From: Phycisphaerae bacterium
GTDB lineage: Bacteria > Planctomycetota > Phycisphaerae > UBA1845
Direction of reading: 5' to 3'
Length of the DNA: 64,000 bases
NCBI GenBank assembly: GCA_963666835.2
Contig: CAXXGO010000003.1
Span: 352,001-416,000, forward strand
Made by a program: the position numbers and the translations under genes. The notes under the pieces are model-generated. The model saw nothing but the letters and a program-made list of their open reading frames with translations, had not been told where the DNA came from and made no database searches. Each line of letters begins with the position of its first letter. Within the stretch, counting starts at the first letter, position 1. Below, one piece after another: positions 1 through 11,503 of this stretch.

Positions 1-1
1 T

Positions 2-529
2 TCGGATTCGGGGAACGACGAGGGTTCCGTGACGGTGACCCAGATCCAAGCGTTGCGTTCGTGCCGAAATGCCGGGGTGGCCGTGCCCAAGACCGTCATC
101 GATACGGCGATGGACTACCTGGCGCAGTCGCAGAACGAGGACGGAGGGATACGTTACATGGTTTCGCAACGTAGCGGGGCATCCCGACCGGCAATCACGG
201 CGGCAGCGGTGTGCTGTTGGTATAACGCCGGACAATACGATACGCCCCGCAGCCGCCGGGCCCTGGACTTCTGTAAGGACCGGATCCCTCTCCGGACTGC
301 TCTGGGCAATTATGATTACTATGCGCATCTCTATTTGGCCCAGGCACTTTTCATCGGCGCAGATCCGGACTGGGACGGCTACTACGCACAGCGACGGGAT
401 TTTCTGCTCGGCGAACAGCAAGCGGACGGGTCGTGGTGGGGTGACGGGGTGGGCGACGTATACGGTACTGCCACGGCACTCATTATTCTGCAAATACCGT
501 ATAATCGGCTGCCGATCATGCAGCGTTAG
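2..529 (+). CDS. Prenyltransferase/squalene-oxidase repeat protein, C-terminal part (5' truncated by window)
   Basis: Frame open from base 2; QNEDGG and QQADGSW QW-type repeats, VYGTATALIIL; directly upstream of MoxR. Confidence 0.75.
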   Translation, partial: SDSGNDEGSVTVTQIQALRSCRNAGVAVPKTVIDTAMDYLAQSQNEDGGIRYMVSQRSGASRPAITAAAVCCWYNAGQYDTPRSRRALDFCKDRIPLRTALGNYDYYAHLYLAQALFIGADPDWDGYYAQRRDFLLGEQQADGSWWGDGVGDVYGTATALIILQIPYNRLPIMQR

Positions 530-572
530 GAAGTAGCAAACTGGCGACAGTGAGGATGGCACGGAGCACACG

Positions 573-1658
573 ATGTCGAAGAGGAAGAACAAGATGACGC
601 CCGGTACCGGCGAGCCCGCAGCCGACGTCGACGCGGCGGCAATAGAACGGGTTTGCGAGGCGCGCGCGAGCATCGCCCGCGAACTTGGCAAGATCATCGT
701 CGGGCAGGAGGGGGTGATCGACCAGCTCCTTATCGCCCTGGTGGCGAACGGGCACTGCATCCTCGAGGGCGTCCCCGGTTTGGCGAAGACACTGATGATA
801 TCTAGTCTGGCCCGGTGTCTGGCGCTGTCGTTCAACCGAATCCAGTTCACCCCCGACCTTATGCCCTCCGACATTACCGGGACGGAGGTAATCGAGGAGG
901 ATCGGTCCAGCGGTGGGCGGTCGTTTAAGTTCCTTCCGGGGCCGGTCTTTGCCAACGTAGTGCTGGCGGACGAAATCAACCGCACGCCGCCCAAGACCCA
1001 AGCCGCTTTATTGGAGGCAATGCAGGAGCGACATGTGACCATCGGCGGCGAACGTCACGACTTGTCGCCGCCCTTCTTCGTGCTGGCTACCCAGAACCCG
1101 ATCGAGCAAGAGGGTACATACCCACTGCCCGAGGCTCAACAAGATCGTTTCCTCTTTAAGGTCTTTATCCGGTATCCCTCCTATGAAGAGGAATACGCGG
1201 TAGCCGAGCGAACCACGGCCTCACTTGATCCCGAGGTCAGCCGGGTGGTCACGGGTGAGGACGTGCTCGAGTTCCAGAGGGTCGTTCGTGCGGTACCGGT
1301 GGCCCCCGACGTGATCCGATTTGCTCTCGATTTGGTTCGGGCAACCCGACCGGTGGAACCGACCAGCCCCGAGTTCGTCAAGGAGATGGTAACCTGGGGC
1401 GCCGGGCCACGCGCCGTACAGGCCCTGATTGTTGGCGGCAAGGCCCGCGCGGCGCTGGCCGGGCGTCATCACGTTGCCCCTCAGGACATTCAGGAACTCG
1501 CCCGCCCCGTGCTTCGGCACCGGATTGTCACAAACTTCTCTGCAGAGGCGCAAGGGTTCACTCCGGATCGGATTATCGAGGATCTGCTCTCGCAAACTGA
1601 TCCGCATCGAACAGTATTGGATGACGATGAGCACACGCGCAAAGTACTTTCTTCCTGA
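573..1658 (+). CDS. moxR: MoxR-family AAA+ ATPase
   Basis: GVPGLAKT Walker [60 protein letters not shown]. Confidence 0.95.
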   Translation: MSKRKNKMTPGTGEPAADVDAAAIERVCEARASIARELGKIIVGQEGVIDQLLIALVANGHCILEGVPGLAKTLMISSLARCLALSFNRIQFTPDLMPSDITGTEVIEEDRSSGGRSFKFLPGPVFANVVLADEINRTPPKTQAALLEAMQERHVTIGGERHDLSPPFFVLATQNPIEQEGTYPLPEAQQDRFLFKVFIRYPSYEEEYAVAERTTASLDPEVSRVVTGEDVLEFQRVVRAVPVAPDVIRFALDLVRATRPVEPTSPEFVKEMVTWGAGPRAVQALIVGGKARAALAGRHHVAPQDIQELARPVLRHRIVTNFSAEAQGFTPDRIIEDLLSQTDPHRTVLDDDEHTRKVLSS

Positions 1659-2544
1659 AGTTCTTACCCGGATCTCGCCGTTGGAGCTGCGCGCCCGGCG
1701 CGTGGTGGAGGGCTTTGTCAGCGGGATGCACCGGAGCCCGTTCAATGGTCGGAGCATCGAATTTGCCGGCTATCGACCGTACGTTCCGGGCGACGACATC
1801 CGGCACATCGATTGGCGCGTCTTCGGGAAAGCAGATCGGTACTTCATTAAGGAGTACGAAGAGGAAACGAATATGCGGGTCCAGTTGCTGCTGGATTGCA
1901 GCGGCTCGATGGCCTATCCGCAGCGGCCGGCTCCCGACCGCCTGTCCAAATGGAACTATGCGGCGACCCTGGCGGTGTCTTTTGCCCACCTGCTGATTCG
2001 CCAACAAGATGCCGTCGGGTTGACCCTGTTTGATCACCAGGTGCGCCGCCGGTTGCCCGCCTCGTCAAATACGGCGGCGTTGGCAGCGATGACTGCGGCT
2101 ATAGAGGAGGCGAACCCGCAAGACGAAACGGGAATGGCGTCCTTTTTCGGCGAACTGCCAGCGCATTTGCCACGGCGAGGTATGGTGGTGATCTTGTCTG
2201 ATCTGCTCGCAGAGGTGGGCGAGTTCATCCAGGGACTTCAACGTTTGCGTTTCGATGGGCACGACGTATTGGTTATGCAGATTCTGGACCGAGATGAGCT
2301 CACCTTCCCGTTCACCCGGCGGACCCAGTTCGAGGGGCTGGAGGGCACGCTGCCCGCAACGACGATCGATCCGCAATCACTTAAGCGCAGCTACCTCGAT
2401 GCGGTGAGCTCGTTCACAACGCAGATCCGGTCGGCATGCCTGGATCATAAGGTGGATTACGCCCTGGTCAGTACCGCCGACCCGTTGGACGTGGCCCTGT
2501 CCGCGTTTTTGGCAACTCGCATGCATCGTCAACGAGCGGAGTAG
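1621..2544 (+). CDS. DUF58 family protein (MoxR-associated)
   Basis: [38 protein letters not shown]; start at ATG 1621 or 1627 within ORF 1429..2544. Confidence 0.9.
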   Translation: MTMSTRAKYFLPEVLTRISPLELRARRVVEGFVSGMHRSPFNGRSIEFAGYRPYVPGDDIRHIDWRVFGKADRYFIKEYEEETNMRVQLLLDCSGSMAYPQRPAPDRLSKWNYAATLAVSFAHLLIRQQDAVGLTLFDHQVRRRLPASSNTAALAAMTAAIEEANPQDETGMASFFGELPAHLPRRGMVVILSDLLAEVGEFIQGLQRLRFDGHDVLVMQILDRDELTFPFTRRTQFEGLEGTLPATTIDPQSLKRSYLDAVSSFTTQIRSACLDHKVDYALVSTADPLDVALSAFLATRMHRQRAE

Positions 2545-2634
2545 GACGAGTGAGTAAGCGCGAAGGAGCGTGTTCCATAATGCCGTTGCAGCGATGCAGA
2601 CGTAGCTTGTAGCACTGCGAACCGAGACGAAACC

Positions 2635-4911
2635 TTGGCTGAGTTGCCTCCTCTATTCCTTGCGGCATTCGTTTCTCCCGGATACCTCTACGCCGGAATA
2701 GCGGCGACCGGTATACCGATTCTCATTCACCTGCTGGCCAGGCGCCGGTTTACGCGGGTCCGGTGGGCGGCGATGGAGTTCTTGATCGTCGCCCGGCAGC
2801 GCAACCGCCGTCGGATTCAGATGGAGGAGTGGATCCTGCTCGCTTTGCGCTGCCTGGCCGTTCTTGCTATTGGCTCGGCTCTGGCTCGCCCGTTTCTGAG
2901 CCCAACCGGTCTGCTGTCGGCCGTGGGTTCACCCGTTCGGACCGAGCACGTGTTGGTCATCGATGATTCTTTCAGCATGGGATACAAGTCCGATGGCTCG
3001 ACCTCATTCAACCGGGCCCAGGAAGCGGCAAGGCGGCTGCTGGTCGCGATCCGGACGCAATCGCCCGGCGACACGGTCACCCTGCTGCGAATGTCCGCCG
3101 CCGACCAGCCAATCGACGCCGGCGCCTTCCTCGACGATGCCCGAGTCGAAGCCGTTCTGGCCCACATTGACGAACTTCCTATTACTCACGGGACGATAAC
3201 GCCGGCGGCGGTATTGCAGGGAGTCGCCCAGACCCTTGCAACCGCGCCCGAGGTTCTAAACGCGGCGGTCTATCTGTTCAGTGACTTCCAGCAACGGGAC
3301 TGGGCCGGGCCGAACGTGGTTGAGTCAACGCGCGGGGCAGAGTCCGGGATCTTCGCGCCGCTCAGCAGGTGGGCCGGCCGGGACCGCCAAGTGCGAGTCG
3401 TTCTTGCGAACACCGGTGATCCCGATGCCACCAACACCGCGGTTACCCGGCTTCAACTGAGGGGAGGGCGACTGGTAGCGGGAACCGAGGCAGTTCTACA
3501 AGCTGACCTTGTAAACTGGGGCGCCCGTCCCGCTACGAACGTCGAAGGCCGGGTTGAGCTCGGGGGTTCGGACGGCGGGGTTAGGAACGTCGATCGGATC
3601 GAGGCCAGGCAGAAGACGTCTGTTGAGTTCTCGATTAAACCCGACAATGTCGGAGTCGGAGCCTTGCGCGTCGAGTTGGCTCCGGACGGGTTGCCGATCG
3701 ATGATGTCCGGTATCTTGCCGTTGACGTAGCGGCGGCCTGTCGGGCCCTGGTGGTGAACGGCGAGCCCTCGCCCGATCCGTTCGACGATGAAGTCCTCTT
3801 CTTAACCACGGCGTTGAGGCCCCGCGGTGAGATCTTCAGCGGAATCGAGCCGGTCGTTATCGACGAGGCTGAACTGGCTGATGCCGACCTAGGCGAATAC
3901 CACGCCGTGATCCTGGCAAACGTCTATCGCCTCAGTGAATCGGCAGTCGACGCCCTCGAATGTTTCGCCGACAAGGGCGGCGGAGTCGTTTTCTTTGTCG
4001 GAGATCAGGTGGACCCGGGACTGTACAATGCTTCGCTCTACCGCAACGGGGCCGGTCTGCTACCGGTTGCACTCGACGGGGTGGTGCGCGTTACCGAATC
4101 CGCCCATCTGGTCGCAACCGAATCGCGCCACCCGATCACACGCAACCTGCTGGTTGAAGGCGACCCTCTGGGCATCGACCGGGTGGCGTTTACGACGCTT
4201 ATGGGCTGCACTCTTCCGCAAAGCGTCGCCGCGCCGGATGAAGCGGACACAGGAAACGGCTCGGTGCGAGTCGCCACCGCATTCGACGACGAAACGGGAC
4301 GGCCCGCAATTGTCGAACGCGCTTTCGGCAACGGGCGGGTCGTTCTGGTCCTGACCAGCGCCGACAAGGAGTGGAACAACTGGCCGGACCATCCGACTTA
4401 TCTCCCGTTTATTATGGAACTTCTTCGATATGCCGCGTCCGGCAATGACCAAGCCCCGGACCAATTAGTGGGGGCTCCGATTCGATTGCCGATAGACCCC
4501 GTCCTGTTCGACCCTGAGGTTCTGATCAGAACGCCACTCTTCCCGGCGGAGCCCGAAACGCGCTTGACCGCGAAGGTCGCCGAGGACGGGCATGGATTGT
4601 CCTTGGTTTGGGAGGACACGAACACGCCGGGGGTCTATCAGTTTGAGCTCAGACGTCGGGGCGGACCGGAGGAGATTCGTATGGTCGCCGTCAATGTCGA
4701 CTCGCGGGAGAGTGATCTTGCCATGGCCTCTGAGGCTAAGCTGCGCCGCGCCGCGGGTGATTTCCCCATCGAGTACGTCGAAGACGCCGCTGCCGCGGCA
4801 ATGACGGATTCCATGCACCGCCATGAACAGTGGATGATGTTCTTGGTCGCAGCGATCGTCATCCTGATGACCGAACACGGATTGGCCTGGTGTTGGGGAG
4901 GGCGGTCGTGA
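2635..4911 (+). CDS. BatA N-terminal double-TM / vWA domain membrane protein
   Basis: IPILIHLL..RVRWAAMEFL BatA-like N-terminus, MIDAS-like DDSFSM, FSDFQ, C-terminal TM. Confidence 0.85.
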   Translation: MAELPPLFLAAFVSPGYLYAGIAATGIPILIHLLARRRFTRVRWAAMEFLIVARQRNRRRIQMEEWILLALRCLAVLAIGSALARPFLSPTGLLSAVGSPVRTEHVLVIDDSFSMGYKSDGSTSFNRAQEAARRLLVAIRTQSPGDTVTLLRMSAADQPIDAGAFLDDARVEAVLAHIDELPITHGTITPAAVLQGVAQTLATAPEVLNAAVYLFSDFQQRDWAGPNVVESTRGAESGIFAPLSRWAGRDRQVRVVLANTGDPDATNTAVTRLQLRGGRLVAGTEAVLQADLVNWGARPATNVEGRVELGGSDGGVRNVDRIEARQKTSVEFSIKPDNVGVGALRVELAPDGLPIDDVRYLAVDVAAACRALVVNGEPSPDPFDDEVLFLTTALRPRGEIFSGIEPVVIDEAELADADLGEYHAVILANVYRLSESAVDALECFADKGGGVVFFVGDQVDPGLYNASLYRNGAGLLPVALDGVVRVTESAHLVATESRHPITRNLLVEGDPLGIDRVAFTTLMGCTLPQSVAAPDEADTGNGSVRVATAFDDETGRPAIVERAFGNGRVVLVLTSADKEWNNWPDHPTYLPFIMELLRYAASGNDQAPDQLVGAPIRLPIDPVLFDPEVLIRTPLFPAEPETRLTAKVAEDGHGLSLVWEDTNTPGVYQFELRRRGGPEEIRMVAVNVDSRESDLAMASEAKLRRAAGDFPIEYVEDAAAAAMTDSMHRHEQWMMFLVAAIVILMTEHGLAWCWGGRS

Positions 4912-4952
4912 ACCCTGGAGTCATATCAACCAACTGAACCCGACACCGGAAC

Positions 4953-7433
4953 ATGGATACGCGTCTCCTGACAGTCTGGCATACCTTCATCGGTTCCGTA
5001 GTTCAGAACCGCAAGGAATACGTGACGGAATTCGGCAACCTCCCTGAAGGATGGTCTGCGCTTTTCGCAGTGCTTATCGGTGTCGCTCTTCTGGCAAGCG
5101 CGGTTCACATGTACCTTCGCGAAGGCCGTTCGGGGATATCGCTCCGCAAACGCATCCTGCCGGCCGCTCTGCGTTGTTGTGCTCTCACTATCCTGATGTT
5201 CATCCTCCTGGACCCGGCGCGCGTGCGGATCCTCCGCCACCGAGTTGACTCATACACGGTGCTTCTGGTCGACAACTCGCCGAGCATGGACTTGAACGAC
5301 ACCTACCGCGCTCCGGCGGACGCCGCTCGGATCAGGTCGGCATTCGAGGGTGAACTCGAACCGCCTTTGCGCCGCAGTGATATTGTCCATCGCCTGTTGA
5401 ATAGGGACAACCGGGCGTTTTTGGCAGGATTAGCCCGGAACAACCACGTGCGTCTTCTGACCTTCAATGATGAAGTTGAGCATCGTGGGGAAGTTGCCGC
5501 CGCGGTGGAGGATCCCGCGGATCGGAACGAAGCGGTTTCCGGCGCCGCGCTATCTTCGTCTGTACAAGACGCCGAAACCCGATTCGACATGAGCGGGTCC
5601 GCTACCAATATCGACTTGGGGATCCGCCGGGCTATCGAGGTTGTCGGCGGGGCTCCGCTGGCCGGGATTGTCGTACTGAGTGACGGCGGCTTCAATGACG
5701 GGGCCCCGGTTGAAGAGGCGGCCCGGCGGGCGCGCGACCGGGGTGTTCCGATCCACGTTGTCGGCATTGGCGATCCAACCGCGCCGCGGAACATCCGGGT
5801 GACCGACATAATCGCCCCGGATACCACCTTAACCCGCGACCCCTTCGCCATAACCGCCCGGATAACAGCCCATGGTTTTGAGGGGCAGTCTCTGCGCGTC
5901 CGGCTTCACCAGAAGGCGCCCGACGACTCGCACAGCCGGTTCGTTGCCGATCAGGAGGTTACCGTTCAGCCCGACGGCTCCATAGACCCGGTCACTTTTC
6001 AAAGGAGCCAAGAGCAGGCCGCGCCCCTTCTGTTTAGTGTGGAGGTGCCGGTCCGGGAATCCGAAGCGATCACGTCGGACAACCGTAAGCAGGCCACCGT
6101 TAACGTCGTTGACTCGCGAACTCGAGTGCTGGTAGTCGCCGGTGGTCCGAGCTGGGACTACCGTTTCGTCACTCGACTTCTGGAGCGCGACGCCGGTGTG
6201 GACGTTACGTGTTGGCTGCAATCAGCCGATCGAGACGCCGTTCGCGATGGGAATGTCGTGGTGGATCACCTGCCGCAAGCACCCGAAGAGCTGCTCGAGT
6301 TTGATGTCATTATTCTGATGGACGCCGACCCGACGAACCTCACGGAGTTCTGGTGTGAATCGGTGCATTCACTGGTTACCCAGCACGGCGGCGGATTACT
6401 CATGACCGCCGCGCGCCCGCACACCTCGGAGCTTGTCCGGGCTCCGGTGTTCGAGCCGTTGCGCGGCATCTTGCCGGTGGTTCTGGACCCCCAAGCGGAC
6501 CTGATTCAGAGTCGAATAGGGCATTATCAGCTCTCTCCGTCTCCCATCGAAGTCCCGACCTCGGCGCTGAGCCATCCGATCATGCGTCTGGCGGACGATC
6601 CCGCCGCCAACCGGCAAACGTGGAACGACTTCGGCGAGGTCTACTGGCACTACCCCGCCCTGCGTGGGAAACCGGCGGCCACCGTCCTTATGCGTCACGG
6701 AAGCCCCCGCATGCGCGGCCCGGACGGCGGACATGTTCTGGCCGCCGTGCAGTATGTCGGGTCCGGTCGCGCCGGATTCCTGGCATTCGATGGAACGTGG
6801 CGTTGGCGACAGTATGCAGAAGACAAATACAACAGGTTCTGGGTGCAGCTTGTACGCCATCTTGCGGAAGGCAGACTCCTGGGACAGGCGCGGGGCGGCG
6901 TAGTGTTGACCGATCGTGATCGATACGCACCGGGTGATACGGTTAACGTATCCGCCCGTCTGCTGAACAAACAGTACGAACCGTTGGCAGCCGACCGAGT
7001 CCGCGCGATTGCGTCTATGGAGGGTGAAGATCGCGAGTTCTCCCTGGAGGCTCGCTCCGCTGAGCCCGGGTGGTTCGAGGGCAGCTTCACGGCGGATCGC
7101 GTGGGGACGTTTCGTGTGGAAGTGCGAACCGCCGCCGCGGATGACCAACCGGCGATTGCGTGCGATGTAGTGGTTTCACGGCCGAATCTCGAGATGTTGC
7201 GTCCCCAAATGAACCGATCCGCCCTTTCCGTCCTGGCCGAGCAATCCGCGGGTGGGCGGTACTTCGACGTGGACGAAGCACGCGAACTCCCCGCCGCAAT
7301 CCCGGATTTGCACGAAGAAGTCTCGGTCCGATCGGACGTGGACCCGCTCTGGGACAGTTGGACGGTACTGGGAGTCCTCTTCGCGCTGCTCTGCGCGGAG
7401 TGGGGCATACGAAAGTGGAGTAACCTGCTATGA
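4953..7433 (+). CDS. vWA + glutamine-amidotransferase-like domain membrane protein
   Basis: N-terminal TMs, DNSPSM MIDAS, LSDGG, TWRWR..YNRFWVQLVRHL, C-terminal LWD..EWGIRK TM. Confidence 0.8.
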   Translation: MDTRLLTVWHTFIGSVVQNRKEYVTEFGNLPEGWSALFAVLIGVALLASAVHMYLREGRSGISLRKRILPAALRCCALTILMFILLDPARVRILRHRVDSYTVLLVDNSPSMDLNDTYRAPADAARIRSAFEGELEPPLRRSDIVHRLLNRDNRAFLAGLARNNHVRLLTFNDEVEHRGEVAAAVEDPADRNEAVSGAALSSSVQDAETRFDMSGSATNIDLGIRRAIEVVGGAPLAGIVVLSDGGFNDGAPVEEAARRARDRGVPIHVVGIGDPTAPRNIRVTDIIAPDTTLTRDPFAITARITAHGFEGQSLRVRLHQKAPDDSHSRFVADQEVTVQPDGSIDPVTFQRSQEQAAPLLFSVEVPVRESEAITSDNRKQATVNVVDSRTRVLVVAGGPSWDYRFVTRLLERDAGVDVTCWLQSADRDAVRDGNVVVDHLPQAPEELLEFDVIILMDADPTNLTEFWCESVHSLVTQHGGGLLMTAARPHTSELVRAPVFEPLRGILPVVLDPQADLIQSRIGHYQLSPSPIEVPTSALSHPIMRLADDPAANRQTWNDFGEVYWHYPALRGKPAATVLMRHGSPRMRGPDGGHVLAAVQYVGSGRAGFLAFDGTWRWRQYAEDKYNRFWVQLVRHLAEGRLLGQARGGVVLTDRDRYAPGDTVNVSARLLNKQYEPLAADRVRAIASMEGEDREFSLEARSAEPGWFEGSFTADRVGTFRVEVRTAAADDQPAIACDVVVSRPNLEMLRPQMNRSALSVLAEQSAGGRYFDVDEARELPAAIPDLHEEVSVRSDVDPLWDSWTVLGVLFALLCAEWGIRKWSNLL

Positions 7434-7455
7434 AAGCACTGGACCGGGTTGAGGA

Positions 7456-9591
7456 ATGACAGGCGACGCCAACCACAATCCTAATCCTCCAGCCACGGCG
7501 CTGAGCGAGCCTCTGGCGCTTCGTCTACGGTCGACAGCCGGGCGTCTGCGGCGATATACCGTGCTTGCGGGCTTGGCTTGCGTAGGCTGGGCGACACTGC
7601 CCCTCGCGTTGGCCCAATTCGCGGTTGATTCCTACGCCGGGGGCCTGCGTTGGAGCATGCGGGCGACTGCGCTGGCGATTATTCTCCTTTGGGTGGTCCG
7701 CCTGGCGTGGCGGCGAGTCTGGCGCCCGTGGCATCTTCCGTTTGGGCTGCCCGAAGTGGCTCATCTGATCGAGCGTCGCCATCCGGAACTGGCCGGGGTA
7801 TTGATCTCTGCGGTACGGTTTGCCGGCGGTGAAACGGGCCACAGTGCTACAGCCTCCGGCGCATTGACTGCGTCGGTAATGTCCCAGGCTTCTGCTTCAA
7901 CAGTGAATCTCGACTTCGATACGGTCCTGAACACCAGACGGGCTCGACTCGCCACGCTGTCACTGACCGGTGTCCTCATCACTGGTATCGCCATTACCGT
8001 TGCGGCCCCGGACCAGACGGTGCTGTGGTTCCGGCGAAACGTCCTGCTTCAGAATACGCCGTGGCCCCGGCAAACTCGGCTTGTTGTAGACCTGGACGAC
8101 GGTGTTCTGACCGGCGCAATAGGTGATGATCTGACAATCCGAGCCCACGCCGAGGGCATTCAGCCGCGCGACGTCGAGATTGTGCTGGAGACGGTCTCCG
8201 GACGGAAGCAGCGGGGAATGATGGTAACCGTCGGTAGCCACGATGCCCGCCGGTATCGCTACACGGTCAAGAACGCCACAGAGGACTTCTCCTTCCGGTT
8301 GCGCGGGGGCGATGATCGCACCAATCCCTATCATGCGCACCTGTGCGAGCGTCCTCGGATAGCGCATACCCAGATGCACCTGATTCCGCCTTCGTATACC
8401 GGGCAGGATCCCGTAATCCTGGGCAACGACGAACGGTCCGCCCGAGTCTTGTCGGGCACTACCGTGACAATCCGATTCCGCACAAACAAGCCGGTCCGGC
8501 GAGCGATACTGATGTCCGGTGAGAAAGAGATCGTCCAAGCCGACCCTGATGCACAGTGGCATACGGTGACGACCAGCCCGACGATGACAGGCACTTATCA
8601 TTTCAGCTTGGAAGACGAGGTGGGACTGACTAACCGCCGGCCGGTGTTTCTGTCTCTGCAGGTAGTCCCGGACGAACCTCCCCGAGCTCGCTTGAGGATT
8701 CCCGATGCCCAAGAGGTGATTACCTTGGACGCGATTCTCCCGGTAGAGTTGGAGTTCGCTGATTCTCACGGGCTGGCTACGGCAAGCCTCACCTATCACC
8801 TCTCCGGAGAGGGAACGGGCGAGAAACGCATAGCGCTGGCAGGGCTTTCGCCGGGAGCCAGGTCCTTCTCAACGGACATCACCTGGAGCCCGCCGCGGAC
8901 GGCATCTCCGGGCGATCGCGTAGCGCTGCAGGCTCATGCAACCGATCTGAACGACGTTACCGGCCCCGGGGTGGGCAAGTCGCATCAGGTCACTCTGCGA
9001 ATCGCCACTCGGGAGGAGTTCCTTGCAGAATTGTCGCGGCGCGAGAAGGAGTCGCGGGCGGCCTTCGAACGGCACATCGACACTCAAGAGGATCTTCGAC
9101 GACGTCTTCTCAGTTCTGTGGCTGCAGCCCGGATGGAAGGCTCGGACGGGGGCGAATCGGATGAGACCCTCGCAAACCTCGCCCACCGGCAACGCAACCT
9201 CGCCGGGGCGGTCAACACCGTACGCCATCACTTCGGTCAGATCCTCGCCGAGCTGATGGTCAACCAACTCGACACTCCCAACGAACACGCACGACTATCT
9301 CAGGGTATTATTGAGCCGCTAAGCCGTTTGGCTGAGCGCGATCTTGTTGCGGCCGCGGATTCCCTGCAGGAGTGTTCCCGGCAGAAACTTGCGGAACAGT
9401 CTGCCGCGATCGATGCTCAGCAGGCCGCGATGCTATCCGATATGCGCGCTGTGTTGGACGAAATGGTACAATGGGAGGGCTACAACGAACTGCTGGACAT
9501 GATTCGCGCTCTCATCCGGCTGCAGGACGAGTTGATTGCCGAGACTCAGGATGCCCTTACGGAACAGGCCGACAATGTGTTTGAAGACTAG
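7456..9591 (+). CDS. DUF4175-like membrane protein with Ig-like and coiled-coil regions
   Basis: Three N-terminal TMs, IERRHPEL, beta-rich middle with DEPP, helical tail; position in the MoxR operon. Confidence 0.6.
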   Translation: MTGDANHNPNPPATALSEPLALRLRSTAGRLRRYTVLAGLACVGWATLPLALAQFAVDSYAGGLRWSMRATALAIILLWVVRLAWRRVWRPWHLPFGLPEVAHLIERRHPELAGVLISAVRFAGGETGHSATASGALTASVMSQASASTVNLDFDTVLNTRRARLATLSLTGVLITGIAITVAAPDQTVLWFRRNVLLQNTPWPRQTRLVVDLDDGVLTGAIGDDLTIRAHAEGIQPRDVEIVLETVSGRKQRGMMVTVGSHDARRYRYTVKNATEDFSFRLRGGDDRTNPYHAHLCERPRIAHTQMHLIPPSYTGQDPVILGNDERSARVLSGTTVTIRFRTNKPVRRAILMSGEKEIVQADPDAQWHTVTTSPTMTGTYHFSLEDEVGLTNRRPVFLSLQVVPDEPPRARLRIPDAQEVITLDAILPVELEFADSHGLATASLTYHLSGEGTGEKRIALAGLSPGARSFSTDITWSPPRTASPGDRVALQAHATDLNDVTGPGVGKSHQVTLRIATREEFLAELSRREKESRAAFERHIDTQEDLRRRLLSSVAAARMEGSDGGESDETLANLAHRQRNLAGAVNTVRHHFGQILAELMVNQLDTPNEHARLSQGIIEPLSRLAERDLVAAADSLQECSRQKLAEQSAAIDAQQAAMLSDMRAVLDEMVQWEGYNELLDMIRALIRLQDELIAETQDALTEQADNVFED

Positions 9592-11503
9592 AGCAGTTTC
9601 CAGAAAGGTCCGTCTGGATCTCTCGCCTTACGATGGCACTCATGCGGGAGAGCGGCGACCGATCTTCGGACGAGGTGTTGTCTTTCTGGCTGCGCTTGCT
9701 CTGGCCGTAGGAGCGGCATCTCTTGCGCAGACTCCAACGACGACGGAGGTCGATCCGCTTTCCACGAAGGAGCAGATGATTCGCGACCGCTTTGAGCGTT
9801 TCGAGGATCGGGTATTCAAGCTCCGCGAGCAGCTTGCTCTTGAAGAGCCGGAGACCGCCGCCCGCCTCGAGCGTGTTCTGCAGCGCGCCGGCGAACTCGG
9901 GCTCGCCGGACAACTCGATGATGTAATCGAATTGCTAAGGACCGATGCTCCCTTGACGGTGGTCATCGATGCCCAGAAGGAATGGACGCAGCAGGCCGGG
10001 GGGCTCCTCGACATCCTCCTTGCACGCGATAACCGTAGTGATCAAGAGAACACCCGCCGCGACCTATTGCAGGATTATCAGCAGACCGTCTCGGAATTCC
10101 TCGATCGGCAGAACCGGCTTCGTCAGGCTTCACAACGGCTGGCGTACGCGCAGCAACTGGCTCAACAGCTCGACGCCGCCGCGCAGCTCACCAACGCGTT
10201 CATCGACCGCCAGAAAGCCATCACGGCCGGCCCGTCCGTTGACTCGGCGCCAACGCTGCAGGCCGATCTTGCAGCCGAGACCCGGCAACTTGCCGACTCC
10301 TTGCTTCGTGCCGCGCAGCAGGATCCCGAGTCATCATCCGGGGCACTCGACCTGGATTCTACAAAGGCACAGACGGCCGATGCGGCGGACCTGCTGAGCG
10401 AGAGCGCCGTGAACATGGCCGAAGCGGCGAGAGCCCTGCGTGATACGCCGACACAACCGGTTGCGCCGCTGCAGAACGTTGCGGAGCAGGAGCTGAATCG
10501 CGCTTACGTACTTCTGCAAACCGCGCAGCAAGAACTCCGCGAGGTGCTGTCCGGTGCCAACGAGGCTGAGCGTCAACATGCTGTCGCTGACGAAACCCGC
10601 AGTCTCGCCGACAGGATGCAACACGATCAAGTGTCCGGCAACCTAAGATCCACAGTGGGCGAGTCCGGAAGTTCCGCCCGGCGGGAACTCGACCAAGCCC
10701 ACGAAGCTATGACTAAGGCCGCCGACAGCCTCGAACAGGACCAACCGGGGGCGGCGGCAGCGGAACAGGCTGACGCGCTCGAGCATTTGAAGCAAACTCA
10801 GCGCGATCTGGATGAGGCTCTAGAGCGAGATCGACAAGAGGATCGTGCGAAGATGATGCAGGATCTCACCCGGCGTTTCCAGGAGATGCTGGCCGAACAA
10901 CAGGACATCAACCAAGCATCCGCGGCCTTCCAGATGCGTACCCCGCAGCACCTGCCGCGTTCGGAGCAGCTCCATCTGGCGAACCTCTCGACCCGCCAAC
11001 GGTCGCTCTCCGAACAGGCGGACCAGTGTCATAATACTCTTCATCGAGAGGACGCCACTGTGGTGCTGCCCTATCTTGCGGGGCAACTTGCCGAGGACAT
11101 GCGCAATCTTGCCGGCCGGCTCGCGAAGTTCGACGTCGGCCCGCTGACTCAGACCATCCAGAAAGAAGTCGTCGAAACCCTCCAGCAGCTTCTCGACTCG
11201 ACCGCGCAAATGGCCGAGTCTGGAGAATCTGCAGAGGAGTCTACCGGACGCGATGCGGACGAACCCCCGGACAAGTCGCTTATGCCATCGTCATCCGAAC
11301 TGAAGCTGCTTCGCTCCATCCAACTTCGCATCATCGCCCGCATGGCGACCATAGAAGCAGCCGCCGAAGATCACCCGCAAGGCAGCCGGTCTCCGAACCC
11401 GGCGTTGGAGTCAATCGCTACGCGACAGACGGAATGCGCGCGGCTTGCCCAGGAGCTCTGCGATCGAGTCCGGCAAACCGCATCCGGGGAGGACGAAGAA
11501 TGA
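9575..11503 (+). CDS. Secreted long coiled-coil protein (MoxR operon)
   Basis: Signal-like VVFLAALALAVGAASLAQ, Q/E/A-rich heptads, SELKLLRSIQ; start uncertain. Confidence 0.6.
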   Translation: MCLKTRAVSRKVRLDLSPYDGTHAGERRPIFGRGVVFLAALALAVGAASLAQTPTTTEVDPLSTKEQMIRDRFERFEDRVFKLREQLALEEPETAARLERVLQRAGELGLAGQLDDVIELLRTDAPLTVVIDAQKEWTQQAGGLLDILLARDNRSDQENTRRDLLQDYQQTVSEFLDRQNRLRQASQRLAYAQQLAQQLDAAAQLTNAFIDRQKAITAGPSVDSAPTLQADLAAETRQLADSLLRAAQQDPESSSGALDLDSTKAQTADAADLLSESAVNMAEAARALRDTPTQPVAPLQNVAEQELNRAYVLLQTAQQELREVLSGANEAERQHAVADETRSLADRMQHDQVSGNLRSTVGESGSSARRELDQAHEAMTKAADSLEQDQPGAAAAEQADALEHLKQTQRDLDEALERDRQEDRAKMMQDLTRRFQEMLAEQQDINQASAAFQMRTPQHLPRSEQLHLANLSTRQRSLSEQADQCHNTLHREDATVVLPYLAGQLAEDMRNLAGRLAKFDVGPLTQTIQKEVVETLQQLLDSTAQMAESGESAEESTGRDADEPPDKSLMPSSSELKLLRSIQLRIIARMATIEAAAEDHPQGSRSPNPALESIATRQTECARLAQELCDRVRQTASGEDEE